Virus record (IMG/VR): IMGVR_UViG_3300031839_001922
Length of the DNA: 54,739 nucleotides
Source: an uncultured virus (IMG/VR IMGVR_UViG_3300031839_001922)
Taxonomy: Duplodnaviria; Heunggongvirae; Uroviricota; Caudoviricetes
Reading direction: 5' to 3' (one strand)
Shown here: piece by piece, positions 38,512 through 47,612 of the stretch
How positions within the stretch are numbered: position 1 is the first letter of the stretch
How the letters are laid out: every line of letters begins with the position of its first letter
The notes under the pieces: generated by a model
Databases searched by the model: none
Told to the model about the DNA's origin: nothing
The model's input: only the letters and a program-made list of their open reading frames with translations
Translations under genes and position numbers: made by a program

Positions 38512-40591
38512 AGTTAGATACTTGCTCCCAGAAGGCCTCTTTTCGGTTTTTTAGATAATTTATGGTCTTTTGTGTGTCTGACGTAGAAAACCATTCTTCT
38601 TGCACATGCTGCACATTGTCGTTTAGCTCTAATTCACACCCAAGCAGCTTGGCTTCGATTACGTAGCGTGGACATGTGTCCAAGCCTGTTGGTTTAAAGC
38701 AAATACCCTTTGAAATTGCTAATTTTTGCAGCATTTCTTTATAAGGTAGATCGCTAATTACCTCATACTCTAAATTATTTTCTTGACACCACTTTTCAGA
38801 CTGCGCCGCACCTTTTACCCAAGATCTAGAGCCAAAAACTAGCCACTTATCGTTCTTTTCGCTTCCTTGCAAAGACTCAATATTATTAAAAAACTCGTCA
38901 TCGAACACAGAAGAAAGAACAAACAACTTTTTGGCATTTAGCTTAGGGAAGTTTTTGACGTATATGTCTTTTTGTTCTTCTGACATAAAGTGTGTTTTTT
39001 GTGAATTATTAACAAAATCTACAATTAAATTAGCTTTTTCTGTCGAAGCATAATCGCATTCTTCGTCTTCTAAAAACTTGTAAAGTTCTGGGTTTCTGTA
39101 TTCACAAAATTTATAATCAAATTCTATAAAATGATAATTCATCCCAGAAGCAACAATATGCCTTGTAACATCATCTTGCATATGGGCGATGTTTCCAAAA
39201 ATCCAAGTTGCGTCTTTATTACTGTCAATCACTGACTTTGTTAAACCAGCACTATTGATCTTGGCAATATTCTTATCTTCTGGTGTTGCATCGATAATCG
39301 CTTGCAAGCTTAATTCTGCGCCGCCCACATACTGCTCCGCAAACATATCACTAACAAAAATATAGTCAGGCGGCTCTAAGTGAACCCCTAAATTAAAAGA
39401 ATTAATAAGCTGTTTATAAATCTTTTCTTTTTCATATTTTTCGCATACCCATTTTTGTAGTTCATTAGCTCTTTTTTGAAAACGGCCATGATCTTTATAT
39501 ACTTCAATCATATTGTTCTTTACAGAGGATATATCAGGATATGCCCATCTAGATTCTTTAATAAGGACATCACCCCAGACAGCTTTTTCTGGTATGTTGT
39601 CTAATTTATAAGAAACTCTACTGAACATGTGTTTGGACTTTGTTTTTCCATTTTTTTGTTTTGTCTTCTTATACAAGAAATCAACGTGCCCAGACCAATC
39701 TGTAGCTATAATTGGAAGTCCATAATACGCCGCCTCAAAAAGTGGCAAACCATAACCTTCACCGTGCGTAGTAGAGACGATACATTTTACCTTTTCATGT
39801 GTATACAGAGAGGCCATCTCGCCTTCAGTCATAGATCCGTGCAATAGATAAATCTTGCACTTTCTTTCACCATGTTTCTCTATCGCAGAGCGCAAAGTAG
39901 TAGCAGAATTAACTCTATCAAGTAAAGAGTTTTTTCCAATATTAGTCTTTATAATTAAACCTGCGTCTGGATTGTCCCCAAACGCGTCAACAAATGCGTC
40001 AATTGTAGCGCCTAAATTTTTTCTAGGGCCCATTTGAGCAACAGTGAGAAAATTAAAATTAGTCGATAAATCTAAATCAATTCCAGTGGGATCAGATTTT
40101 AAGACCGGATAGGGGACATACTCGATTGGAGTTTGTAGGGAATATTTTAGTTGTTGCCCTGTTTGATTATCTACAGCGTCATACACAGTGTTAACAAAAC
40201 CACTCATTGCATGTTCTGAAATAGTGACAATCTTAGTCATCATATTAGATTTCTGCAGCCAATTGCTAGATATTCTATCAGATTCTATGCCGGCGGTAAC
40301 ACCAATATTAATAGGAGCTAGCTGTTCCCACTCATTAGGGATGGTTACCTGTATGGAGACGTCAAACTTTCCACCTGAATTTATATATTGTATTGTCTTA
40401 TTTAAGCACTCATCAAGGGCACGCCTCTCTTCTGTGTCTCTCCACTCCCAAGAAGTCTTACCCCAAGCTATTGGCTGAACATAAATGTCAAACAAGTCTT
40501 CTCTAGTTCTTAAAGCTCTATATACAGTCCTGGCGTGGTGTCCATAGCCTGACTGTGTTAATAGTGGACCTTTTAAATAAATTTTTATCAT
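38504..40591 (-). CDS. Two-module glycosyltransferase (GT4-like tandem fusion)
   Basis: SGYG, RKN and HGEGYGLPLFEAA..SGHVDFL in module 1; YVGGAELS, KG and DTCPRYVIEAKLLG in module 2. Confidence 0.82.
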   Translation of the reverse strand: MIKIYLKGPLLTQSGYGHHARTVYRALRTREDLFDIYVQPIAWGKTSWEWRDTEERRALDECLNKTIQYINSGGKFDVSIQVTIPNEWEQLAPINIGVTAGIESDRISSNWLQKSNMMTKIVTISEHAMSGFVNTVYDAVDNQTGQQLKYSLQTPIEYVPYPVLKSDPTGIDLDLSTNFNFLTVAQMGPRKNLGATIDAFVDAFGDNPDAGLIIKTNIGKNSLLDRVNSATTLRSAIEKHGERKCKIYLLHGSMTEGEMASLYTHEKVKCIVSTTHGEGYGLPLFEAAYYGLPIIATDWSGHVDFLYKKTKQKNGKTKSKHMFSRVSYKLDNIPEKAVWGDVLIKESRWAYPDISSVKNNMIEVYKDHGRFQKRANELQKWVCEKYEKEKIYKQLINSFNLGVHLEPPDYIFVSDMFAEQYVGGAELSLQAIIDATPEDKNIAKINSAGLTKSVIDSNKDATWIFGNIAHMQDDVTRHIVASGMNYHFIEFDYKFCEYRNPELYKFLEDEECDYASTEKANLIVDFVNNSQKTHFMSEEQKDIYVKNFPKLNAKKLFVLSSVFDDEFFNNIESLQGSEKNDKWLVFGSRSWVKGAAQSEKWCQENNLEYEVISDLPYKEMLQKLAISKGICFKPTGLDTCPRYVIEAKLLGCELELNDNVQHVQEEWFSTSDTQKTINYLKNRKEAFWEQVSNCA

Positions 40592-40592
40592 G

Positions 40593-41846
40593 CTACACCT
40601 CTAATAAATCCCATGTTTTATAACCTTTTCTAGTTTCCCAAGCACCATATTTTTCATGTATACCTTTCAGAAGATCATCCCAGCCTAGCACATACTTGTT
40701 AAAATTGTAATTTTTTTCAACATGTGCTTGACCTTTGAGTCCTAACTCTTTTCGCTCTTCTTTGGTCATATTGTATATTTTCTCTAAAGCATCTACAAAC
40801 TCTTCCCCGTTAAGACGGTCTTCAAAAATAAAAGGAATTTCTTGAGATCCTATAATTGATTTTGAAGCTGGTTCTAAACCAATCCCAAACCAATCCTTGC
40901 CGTCTGTAACCTGCTCTTGCAAGCCTCCAGTCATATTGACAATAATTGGAGTGGCACAAGAAAGAGATTCTAGCGTTGCTAGCCCAAACCCTTCCGCGTC
41001 GGAGATGTTCACTGTTACATCAGCTATATTATACAAGGCTGCCAACTGGTGTAATTCCAGGCGATCAGTAGAGAACATAACTTGGCCTGACGTCAGCTGG
41101 AGGTCTTGTATCACTGCATTTAAATTAGGTCCATTAACGTCATTTGGATCAGTATGCATAATCAATTTTGCTTTATCATGCCCGACCCTATCTACAAAAT
41201 CTTTAAACCAATATATTAGTGTGGCTGATTGCTTTCTTCTGGCGTTTCTGTTATTCCAAAAAATAACAAATTCATCTTCCTTAATGTTAGACTTCTCTCT
41301 TATTTCTTTTATTTTATCATCTTCTATTGGCTTAAAATACGATGGTGTGACCGCATGCGGCAAGTAATGACAATCAACTTCTGGAGACACGTTCTGTACA
41401 ATATCATGAGTTACTTTAGAAATAGCCACCACGCTATCGCAAGAATCGTACCAAACCTTGTTAAAGGTTGGATAAGGATAATTGTCCCATACATGGTAAT
41501 AAACCATGGGCACTAGTGCGCGAATTTCATCTTCAATCTCCCACAGCCACCCAAAAAACCTAGGATCGGTCATAAACCATAACATGTCAGGCCTTTCAGT
41601 TCTCAAGATCGATCTTATCGATTCTTGTGAGCCATACCCATCCACTGGATAAATAACCAAATCTTCACCATAAGCTTCGGTTTTTTGTGGCGTATAATCG
41701 TTATGTTTTATAGCTCCGCCAAAACATACGAAAGAATATCCTCCAGTTTGCAACAAACCTTCGACCATATAGCGTGTTTGTGTCCCTACGCCGGAGGGTG
41801 AAAAAGGGTGGTCTGAGAGTACCAGAACCTTTAGTTTCTTACTCAT
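40593..41846 (-). CDS. Glycosyltransferase, GT-B (GT4-like)
   Basis: SGVG, NRNARRK and AEGFGLATLESL..TGGLQEQ motifs. Confidence 0.87.
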   Translation of the reverse strand: MSKKLKVLVLSDHPFSPSGVGTQTRYMVEGLLQTGGYSFVCFGGAIKHNDYTPQKTEAYGEDLVIYPVDGYGSQESIRSILRTERPDMLWFMTDPRFFGWLWEIEDEIRALVPMVYYHVWDNYPYPTFNKVWYDSCDSVVAISKVTHDIVQNVSPEVDCHYLPHAVTPSYFKPIEDDKIKEIREKSNIKEDEFVIFWNNRNARRKQSATLIYWFKDFVDRVGHDKAKLIMHTDPNDVNGPNLNAVIQDLQLTSGQVMFSTDRLELHQLAALYNIADVTVNISDAEGFGLATLESLSCATPIIVNMTGGLQEQVTDGKDWFGIGLEPASKSIIGSQEIPFIFEDRLNGEEFVDALEKIYNMTKEERKELGLKGQAHVEKNYNFNKYVLGWDDLLKGIHEKYGAWETRKGYKTWDLLEV

Positions 41847-41848
41847 AT

Positions 41849-42640
41849 TTACCTACTGCAGTGTTTAGTATTATAAAACTCACATCCGAACTTTGCCGTG
41901 CATGACAATCTGTTCTTGATGAAGTTTCCATTATCTATATTGTATACTGCTTTATTTAGTAATTTAAGGGAATTTTCAACTTTTTTGTTTCCAGTCGTCA
42001 CTTTAAAAATTTCCACTTTGTTAGATTTTGCGGTTCTTTTTAGAAGGGCAAAGTGTGTATCAATGTCGGCTGGATCGATATTGTGCTTTTGACTGTAGAA
42101 ATGTTTGTACAGGGCCAGCTGATAAGTTGTTATTCTTTCGCTTTTCCGCCTGGTGTCCCAGCCCCATGAACAAGTCTTCCAGTCAATAATATGGTGCCTT
42201 CCGTCTTTTGTTTTAATGACTAAGTCTATGAAGCCTTTGTATTTTTTTTCAGATCCATCGATCGGCTCATACAGCTTTTCTTCTGCGGACACAACTTCAT
42301 AAAAAGTAAAGTGATTTTTTAATTCTGGTACGATATGGTGCAGCAAATCTCTTGCTTGTCCCCTCATGTCTTTTAAGAGCTTCTTGTCTAATTCAACATT
42401 GCTTTCTGTAAGTGTTTTTATTTCTTCCAAAAACTTGTTGTCAAAACATTCGTGTAGAGATTTATCGTCTAGACCAATCTCACCAAGCACAGATTTTTCA
42501 CAAACCTCGTGTACGGCAGTTCCAAAAGCAGTATGTTCAGAACCAAGAAATTTTTTTACCTCGTCTAGATAAACGAGCTTGTGCTTATACGCACATTCGT
42601 CCCAAGTCTTAAGCTCGGAATATGAAATATGTTTTTTCAT
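41849..42640 (-). CDS. PD-(D/E)XK exonuclease, Cas4/RecB-like, with probable Fe-S staple
   Basis: ISYS, FGTAVH, GFIDLV, IIDWKT and QLALY motifs; one N-terminal and three C-terminal Cys. Confidence 0.85.
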   Translation of the reverse strand: MKKHISYSELKTWDECAYKHKLVYLDEVKKFLGSEHTAFGTAVHEVCEKSVLGEIGLDDKSLHECFDNKFLEEIKTLTESNVELDKKLLKDMRGQARDLLHHIVPELKNHFTFYEVVSAEEKLYEPIDGSEKKYKGFIDLVIKTKDGRHHIIDWKTCSWGWDTRRKSERITTYQLALYKHFYSQKHNIDPADIDTHFALLKRTAKSNKVEIFKVTTGNKKVENSLKLLNKAVYNIDNGNFIKNRLSCTAKFGCEFYNTKHCSR

Positions 42641-42641
42641 T

Positions 42642-43331
42642 TTAGTATGTTTCCAGGTAGTCTTCGTTGTTTAACAAAGATAATTTTTTATAAACATAAG
42701 GACATAGTTCTTTTAAGTAAACCTGTTCTTCTAAATAAAACTTCTCAAAACAACTGGCAAAATACTCTTTTAGGCTGGTTGCAGCATATGGATTGGTGAA
42801 GATATCTACTGCCAACAGCCGAAGTGCGTCAAATCCGATTTCTTTGCTTAAAAAATCGTCAAACTCTTCATTGTACTCTGTTTCGTAGAAATCATATCTA
42901 GATATATCCTGGCCACTGTATGCCAAGGCTCTTTTCAGCTGATTTCTTTTCAACAAAAACTCGTCTTCGATCTTGCCATCAGCGTAAATGAAATCATGGT
43001 ATTTTTCATCAATTGCATGGGCTAGCTCGTGCACTATGTCATCTTTTAGATCTTCATTGTTATCCTGCACATTAGAGATATAGATAGCACCATCAGAATA
43101 CATAGCGTTGATTTCTCTCTCTTTGAGAAAAGAGAAGTCTCCAACATATATAACATCTAGTGACTCTAAAATATGATCAGGAATAACGTTTTTTATATCA
43201 GAGAATATTTCGTGCACATCGATATAGTCTGGTAGAGGATCCTGCACAAACATTTGAAAAGAGCCAAAATTGTATTCTGGAAGGTGCCTGCTGCTACTCT
43301 TCACATAATTTACAACTTTTTTTCTTTTCAT
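42642..43331 (-). CDS. Putative zinc metallopeptidase (HEXXH)
   Basis: VHELAHAID plus downstream YAATSLKEYFA (third-ligand Glu). Confidence 0.6.
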   Translation of the reverse strand: MKRKKVVNYVKSSSRHLPEYNFGSFQMFVQDPLPDYIDVHEIFSDIKNVIPDHILESLDVIYVGDFSFLKEREINAMYSDGAIYISNVQDNNEDLKDDIVHELAHAIDEKYHDFIYADGKIEDEFLLKRNQLKRALAYSGQDISRYDFYETEYNEEFDDFLSKEIGFDALRLLAVDIFTNPYAATSLKEYFASCFEKFYLEEQVYLKELCPYVYKKLSLLNNEDYLETY

Positions 43332-43584
43332 TTTCGCTTTCCAATAACGACATTCCTGAATCTACATCGGTCAAGCCTTGCTCGTAACCTCTAATCCAGT
43401 TTTCTTCTGCCAACACCATTACAACTTCTGGAAATTCCTCTGCTAGCACTTCAACTATCATTTCCACGGTAACATTGTTGTCTTTAGGTGACAATTTGTT
43501 GCCAACATGCTCTACTATAAAAGACTTTAAGTCATTGTCTTGCTCTACAACTTCGTAGAGATTAGGATTATCTACTGTCTCCAT
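43294..43584 (-). CDS. Hypothetical acidic protein
   Basis: Start re-called at ATG 43584, just after the stop of the Hc1-like gene; contains AEENWIRGYEQGL. Confidence 0.6.
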   Translation of the reverse strand: METVDNPNLYEVVEQDNDLKSFIVEHVGNKLSPKDNNVTVEMIVEVLAEEFPEVVMVLAEENWIRGYEQGLTDVDSGMSLLESENEKKKSCKLCEE

Positions 43585-43585
43585 A

Positions 43586-43759
43586 TCAACCACTATTCTT
43601 TATAGTCTGGACTTCAGTTCGAACATTTTGAGCTAAAGTCTTAATTTCTTGCATTGCCTTTCTAATTCTAGTTCCGGCGGCCTTGTTGCCATTTCCAAAC
43701 TTCTCTACGTCTGTTTGGACGTTATTTAGTACTTCTTGAATTCTGTTTACATTTTCCAT
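43586..43759 (-). CDS. Histone H1-like protein, Hc1 family (57 aa; not in ORF track)
   Basis: MENVNRIQEVLNNVQTDVEKFGNGNKAAGTRIRKAMQEIKTLAQNVRTEVQTIKNSG; GNKAAGTRxRK is the Hc1 signature. AAGGA RBS upstream; fills the gap between its neighbours. Confidence 0.85.
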   Translation of the reverse strand: MENVNRIQEVLNNVQTDVEKFGNGNKAAGTRIRKAMQEIKTLAQNVRTEVQTIKNSG

Positions 43760-43771
43760 AATAAATTTCCT

Positions 43772-45079
43772 TTATAAAATTTTTGAAGCCAGTGTTGCCA
43801 CTTTAGATCTTTCTCCCTTTGTAAGTGTGACATGTCCCGCTAATCCATGATGCTTGAACTTTTCCACAGCATACGAAAGGCCATTCGATGTTGCGTCTAA
43901 ATATACGCTGTCAATTTGCTCGACATCTCCTGTGAGAATAATCTTGGTGTTTTCACCAACTCTTGTAATTATAGTTTTTAATTCATGAGTTGTTAAATTT
44001 TGTGCTTCATCAATTATTACATATGCATTTGAGATAGATCTTCCTCGAATATATGTAAGCGCTTCAATCTGGATTGTACCATCTTCAAAAAACATTTCCA
44101 TGGACTTAGAGCGCCCGTTCAAAAGAAAATCAATATTGTCTTGAATTGGCATCAACCATGGTCTCATTTTTTCTTCCATGGTCCCCGGCAGATAACCAAT
44201 GTCTTTGCCGAGTGGCTGAACCGGGCGAGAAACAATTAATTTTTTATATCTTTGCTGCTCCAGCACTTGATCTAGGCCTGCCGCAATTGCTAGCAAGGTT
44301 TTACCACAACCGGCCTTACCAACCAAAGTTACTATTGGAATATCTGGATCATTCAACAAGGACATTGCGAATGTTTGCTCTTTGTTGCGAGCCTTTAGGC
44401 CCCAACATGCGTCCTTTGGTTCCACCACCTTTACTAGTTTTGAGTCATGATTAACAAATCTCGCAAGAGCAGATTTTTTTTCGTTTGAGTTTGAAACCAG
44501 CATTAAAAACTGATTTGGAAAAAAATCACCTTCGTCTTTCTCAAAGTATATCTCTTCTCCAGAATAAAATTGATCGATTAGCTGATCGTCAACCAAATGT
44601 TTTCTAAGCCCGGTGAATAAGTGCTTCTCATCGTCAACAACTTTATTAGGGGCATAATCTTCTGTTTTTATCTCTAGAGAGTCACACTTTACTCTCATGT
44701 TAATGTCGCGTGTAACCAAAATCACTTTTCTTTTTGGATTCTGCTTCATTTCCGTTAGCGCTGTTGTCAAGATTTCATTATCGGCGCTTTCAATATCACA
44801 ACCAATAGGTAAATCTTCTATGTCGTACCCTCTTACTGAAAGTATGCCCTTGCCTTTTTCTATGCGCACACCTTTGTGAAGATTGCCTTTTGTGCGGAGA
44901 TCATCGAGTATTCGAATGATCATGCGAGCGTTTAATCCAACGCCATCTTGTCTTTTTTTATGCTTGTCGATTTCATCAAGCACCTTGAGTGGAACTACTA
45001 TATCATTGTTGCGAAATTCATATACAGAATTTGCGTTTGTTAGAAACACGTTCGTGTCAAGTATATAAGTTTTTTTCAT
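43772..45079 (-). CDS. phoH: PhoH-family ATPase with N-terminal PIN domain (PhoH2/YlaK type)
   Basis: ILDTNV, ADNEIL and TRDINMR (PIN); GKAGCGKT, GYLPG, YIRGRS, IIDEAQN and GDVEQID (PhoH). Confidence 0.93.
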   Translation of the reverse strand: MKKTYILDTNVFLTNANSVYEFRNNDIVVPLKVLDEIDKHKKRQDGVGLNARMIIRILDDLRTKGNLHKGVRIEKGKGILSVRGYDIEDLPIGCDIESADNEILTTALTEMKQNPKRKVILVTRDINMRVKCDSLEIKTEDYAPNKVVDDEKHLFTGLRKHLVDDQLIDQFYSGEEIYFEKDEGDFFPNQFLMLVSNSNEKKSALARFVNHDSKLVKVVEPKDACWGLKARNKEQTFAMSLLNDPDIPIVTLVGKAGCGKTLLAIAAGLDQVLEQQRYKKLIVSRPVQPLGKDIGYLPGTMEEKMRPWLMPIQDNIDFLLNGRSKSMEMFFEDGTIQIEALTYIRGRSISNAYVIIDEAQNLTTHELKTIITRVGENTKIILTGDVEQIDSVYLDATSNGLSYAVEKFKHHGLAGHVTLTKGERSKVATLASKIL

Positions 45080-45111
45080 GTTTGCTCTGTCTGTTTTCTA
45101 TTTAACATAGG

Positions 45112-45879
45112 ATGAAAAATTTTTTAAATGCTCTTGTCTTAATGCTGTCGCTTCTAATATTAAATAGTTGCGCAGCACAAACAAACGTAATTAAGTCGAT
45201 GGCAGATGCTAAAAAATCCATCTTAAAAATAGAAACTTGGATTAGCGGAGGCGAGTGCGATCAAGCAAATATGTCTTGTACACCGCAAAAGCTTATTGCG
45301 ACTGGAACTGGCGCTGTGGTTCTGTATTCAAACAAAAAAGTAGTTCTGACAGCAGCGCACATTTGTGTGCAAGATCGGTTCCGAGGTATTTCAAAAGAAG
45401 ATCTAGGCCACTACTTTAAAGCAGTTGACAGAACAGACAAAGAGTACATCATCAAGATTATAAAATATGATGCAAAAAATGATATCTGCATTCTAGAGAG
45501 TGTCTCCGGTCATCTAGAGCCATCCTTCATTCCAATGAGTAGAAAAATACCAGAGTACGCAGAAATGGGTTACAACCTAGCGGCTCCTATGGGAATTATC
45601 GACGGAGAAATGGTACCAATCTTTGAAGGCAGATTCTTTGGTATAGTTAATGATCCAATGTACGGTAGAGATACAGTCGCCGTATATGGCATGCCAGCGA
45701 TTGGAGGATCGTCAGGATCACCTGTTGTTAATGCTAGAGGAGAGCTAATTGGTATGGTGCACTCTGTGCATTTTCGGTTTCACCACATAACGTTGTCTGC
45801 GACATATCAAACTTTGTGGAATTTCTTAAATGCTTCACACACTCAAATAATACAATCCCAGAAGCAGTCCCAACATTAA
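45112..45879 (+). CDS. Trypsin-like serine protease with lipoprotein-type signal peptide
   Basis: LTAAH, NDIC and GGSSGSPV triad; N-terminal hydrophobic stretch ending LNSC. Confidence 0.85.
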   Translation: MKNFLNALVLMLSLLILNSCAAQTNVIKSMADAKKSILKIETWISGGECDQANMSCTPQKLIATGTGAVVLYSNKKVVLTAAHICVQDRFRGISKEDLGHYFKAVDRTDKEYIIKIIKYDAKNDICILESVSGHLEPSFIPMSRKIPEYAEMGYNLAAPMGIIDGEMVPIFEGRFFGIVNDPMYGRDTVAVYGMPAIGGSSGSPVVNARGELIGMVHSVHFRFHHITLSATYQTLWNFLNASHTQIIQSQKQSQH

Positions 45880-46372
45880 GAGAGCGTACAGAGCCGTATT
45901 GCTCAATTTCTATTCTATAATCGGCTAAATTTAAGATATCTTCGCTTAAGCCGCATCCTTCTTCGCCAAAAAAGATAAGAGGTGGTTTTTGTAGCTTATT
46001 CCACTTAAATTCATGAAGTTTGTGAGTTTTGTTGATGTTGTTGTCAATTGCTATAAACGTATACTTGTCTTTTAGCTTTACCACATCGCGTACGCCGCCA
46101 TCAAGGTAGTTAATGTCAACGTAATGATGTGTACCGACACTACCGCGTCGATCAATTTTTTTCTTACCAAGGTAATAAACCTTTTCAACATTGAATGCAT
46201 TGGCGTTCCTTATAAGTGTACTGATATTAAAATCGCCGTTCCAATGTTCCATGCAAACAGCGACGTTATTTGAATTTTCTTTTAAATCTTGCCTAATCGA
46301 CTCGTCGGTCATCGATTTGTATTTGTCGACAACATTTCTTTTCCACAAGCTCCAGCGTTCTTGATTTGTCAT
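45734..46372 (-). CDS. SpoU/TrmH-family RNA 2'-O-methyltransferase
   Basis: NISTLIRNANAF, FGEEGCGLS and VRSLNVGTASGI SPOUT motifs. Confidence 0.88.
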   Translation of the reverse strand: MTNQERWSLWKRNVVDKYKSMTDESIRQDLKENSNNVAVCMEHWNGDFNISTLIRNANAFNVEKVYYLGKKKIDRRGSVGTHHYVDINYLDGGVRDVVKLKDKYTFIAIDNNINKTHKLHEFKWNKLQKPPLIFFGEEGCGLSEDILNLADYRIEIEQYGSVRSLNVGTASGIVLFECVKHLRNSTKFDMSQTTLCGETENAQSAPYQLALL

Positions 46373-46614
46373 TAGCGTCTTCTATGATTCATAAAGAAGT
46401 CACGATTATGTACAGCGATTGATGCCTTAAGATAAGCTACAGCCTCTTCTAGTGTAACGTCGTAACCCTGGGCCTCCATGGCTTCTACCAAGCTTTTAGC
46501 TATAGCTTTAGATGGTTTAAAAAATTGTTCTTGCTTTTTAAACGCTTTCCTGTAGCCTTTTATTCTATCTTTTTTGTAATTTGAGAATATTAAGTTGTTG
46601 CCCTTGAAAGTCAT
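46372..46614 (-). CDS. Hypothetical basic protein
   Basis: 80-aa ORF overlapping the purA stop and the TrmH-like start. Confidence 0.6.
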   Translation of the reverse strand: MTFKGNNLIFSNYKKDRIKGYRKAFKKQEQFFKPSKAIAKSLVEAMEAQGYDVTLEEAVAYLKASIAVHNRDFFMNHRRR

Positions 46615-47612
46615 TTGACACCTATGTTGTTTTTGTTACCAGAAAAATAAACGTTTACTTTTTTATTTTTAAATTTAGTGTTCTTTAAAATATAGCTAAA
46701 CATGTCGTTCTGGTTTTCGAAGCTTTTGAGCTTGCCCTTATGTCTGAGCTTCCATTGATTGACTTTTTCTAACACATCGATTTTATTAAGCACCATGTGG
46801 GTTGCTCCGTTGATGTTAATTGATTTATTAAGAGCATCTAGATCTAGCCAATTGCATTGACGTGGTCGACCAGTTGTTGCACCAAACTCCTCTCCAATTT
46901 CTCTAATCTTTGGAAAAATGCTTTCGTTAGGCTCAAAATTCTTCTGACCAACATAAGTGTCATAAACTTTTCCAACACCCCAGACATTCCTCACTGCTTG
47001 AGGTGGAATCCCATTCAAAAGAGCGCTAGCTGCAACACAGTGGCTAGAAGTAACATAAGGATAATCGCCCCAATCTATATCCAATCCAAAGCCTTGGGCG
47101 CCTTCACACAAAATTTTAACGTTGTCTGAATTGTGAAACTCTTCGTAAAGGTCAATTAAAAAAGGCTTAAGCTCTAGAGCATCTTTAGCTTGCAAACCAG
47201 TGCGATTATACTTGTTTCTATACGCTGGGCCATTGCCTTTTTTAGTTGTGCCGATCTTTTTGTCTTTGACGTCTTCGTCGAGGTGACTTTTTCTGATCAA
47301 ATGGCAGTTTTTTGCGATTTTAACCAAAGAAGTATCAATTCCTGCTGCTTGTAGTTCTTTAAGTTCTGTAAAGAAATCAGCAACATTTAAAACACAACCA
47401 CTTCCAATAACGCTGGTAATTCCATAAAAAACACCAGCTGGAATGTAGTGAGTAACAAACTTTCTACCATTGTGATAGATAGTGTGGCCGGCATTGCCTC
47501 CACCATTGAATCTCAACACGTGAGTGTAATCGCCATCTTTACATAGGTGATGAGTGACCTTTCCTTTGGCTTCGTCTCCATGCTGCAAGCCAACAACAAT
47601 ATCCGCAATCAT
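46611..47612 (-). CDS. purA: Adenylosuccinate synthetase (short form, 333 aa)
   Basis: GDEAKGK, GGGNAGHT, IGTT..GNGPAY, EGAQG, YPYVTSS, GATTGRPR and NKID motifs. Confidence 0.93.
   Translation of the reverse strand: MIADIVVGLQHGDEAKGKVTHHLCKDGDYTHVLRFNGGGNAGHTIYHNGRKFVTHYIPAGVFYGITSVIGSGCVLNVADFFTELKELQAAGIDTSLVKIAKNCHLIRKSHLDEDVKDKKIGTTKKGNGPAYRNKYNRTGLQAKDALELKPFLIDLYEEFHNSDNVKILCEGAQGFGLDIDWGDYPYVTSSHCVAASALLNGIPPQAVRNVWGVGKVYDTYVGQKNFEPNESIFPKIREIGEEFGATTGRPRQCNWLDLDALNKSININGATHMVLNKIDVLEKVNQWKLRHKGKLKSFENQNDMFSYILKNTKFKNKKVNVYFSGNKNNIGVK

Noticed and set aside
23592..41846. Bacterial O-antigen/capsule locus, or eukaryotic giant-virus origin
   Set aside because: No wzx/wzy/wzm/kps or priming transferase; the island is contiguous with phage baseplate and sigma genes; Shine-Dalgarno sites and overlapping genes indicate a prokaryotic virus.
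41849..42640. CRISPR-Cas locus around a Cas4-like gene
   Set aside because: No repeat-spacer array or other cas genes seen; stand-alone Cas4-like nucleases are common in phages.
46611..47612. PurZ (2-aminoadenine Z-genome pathway)
   Set aside because: The catalytic Asp of PurA is retained (GDEAKGK) where PurZ has Ser, and no dATPase or MazZ-like neighbours are visible.
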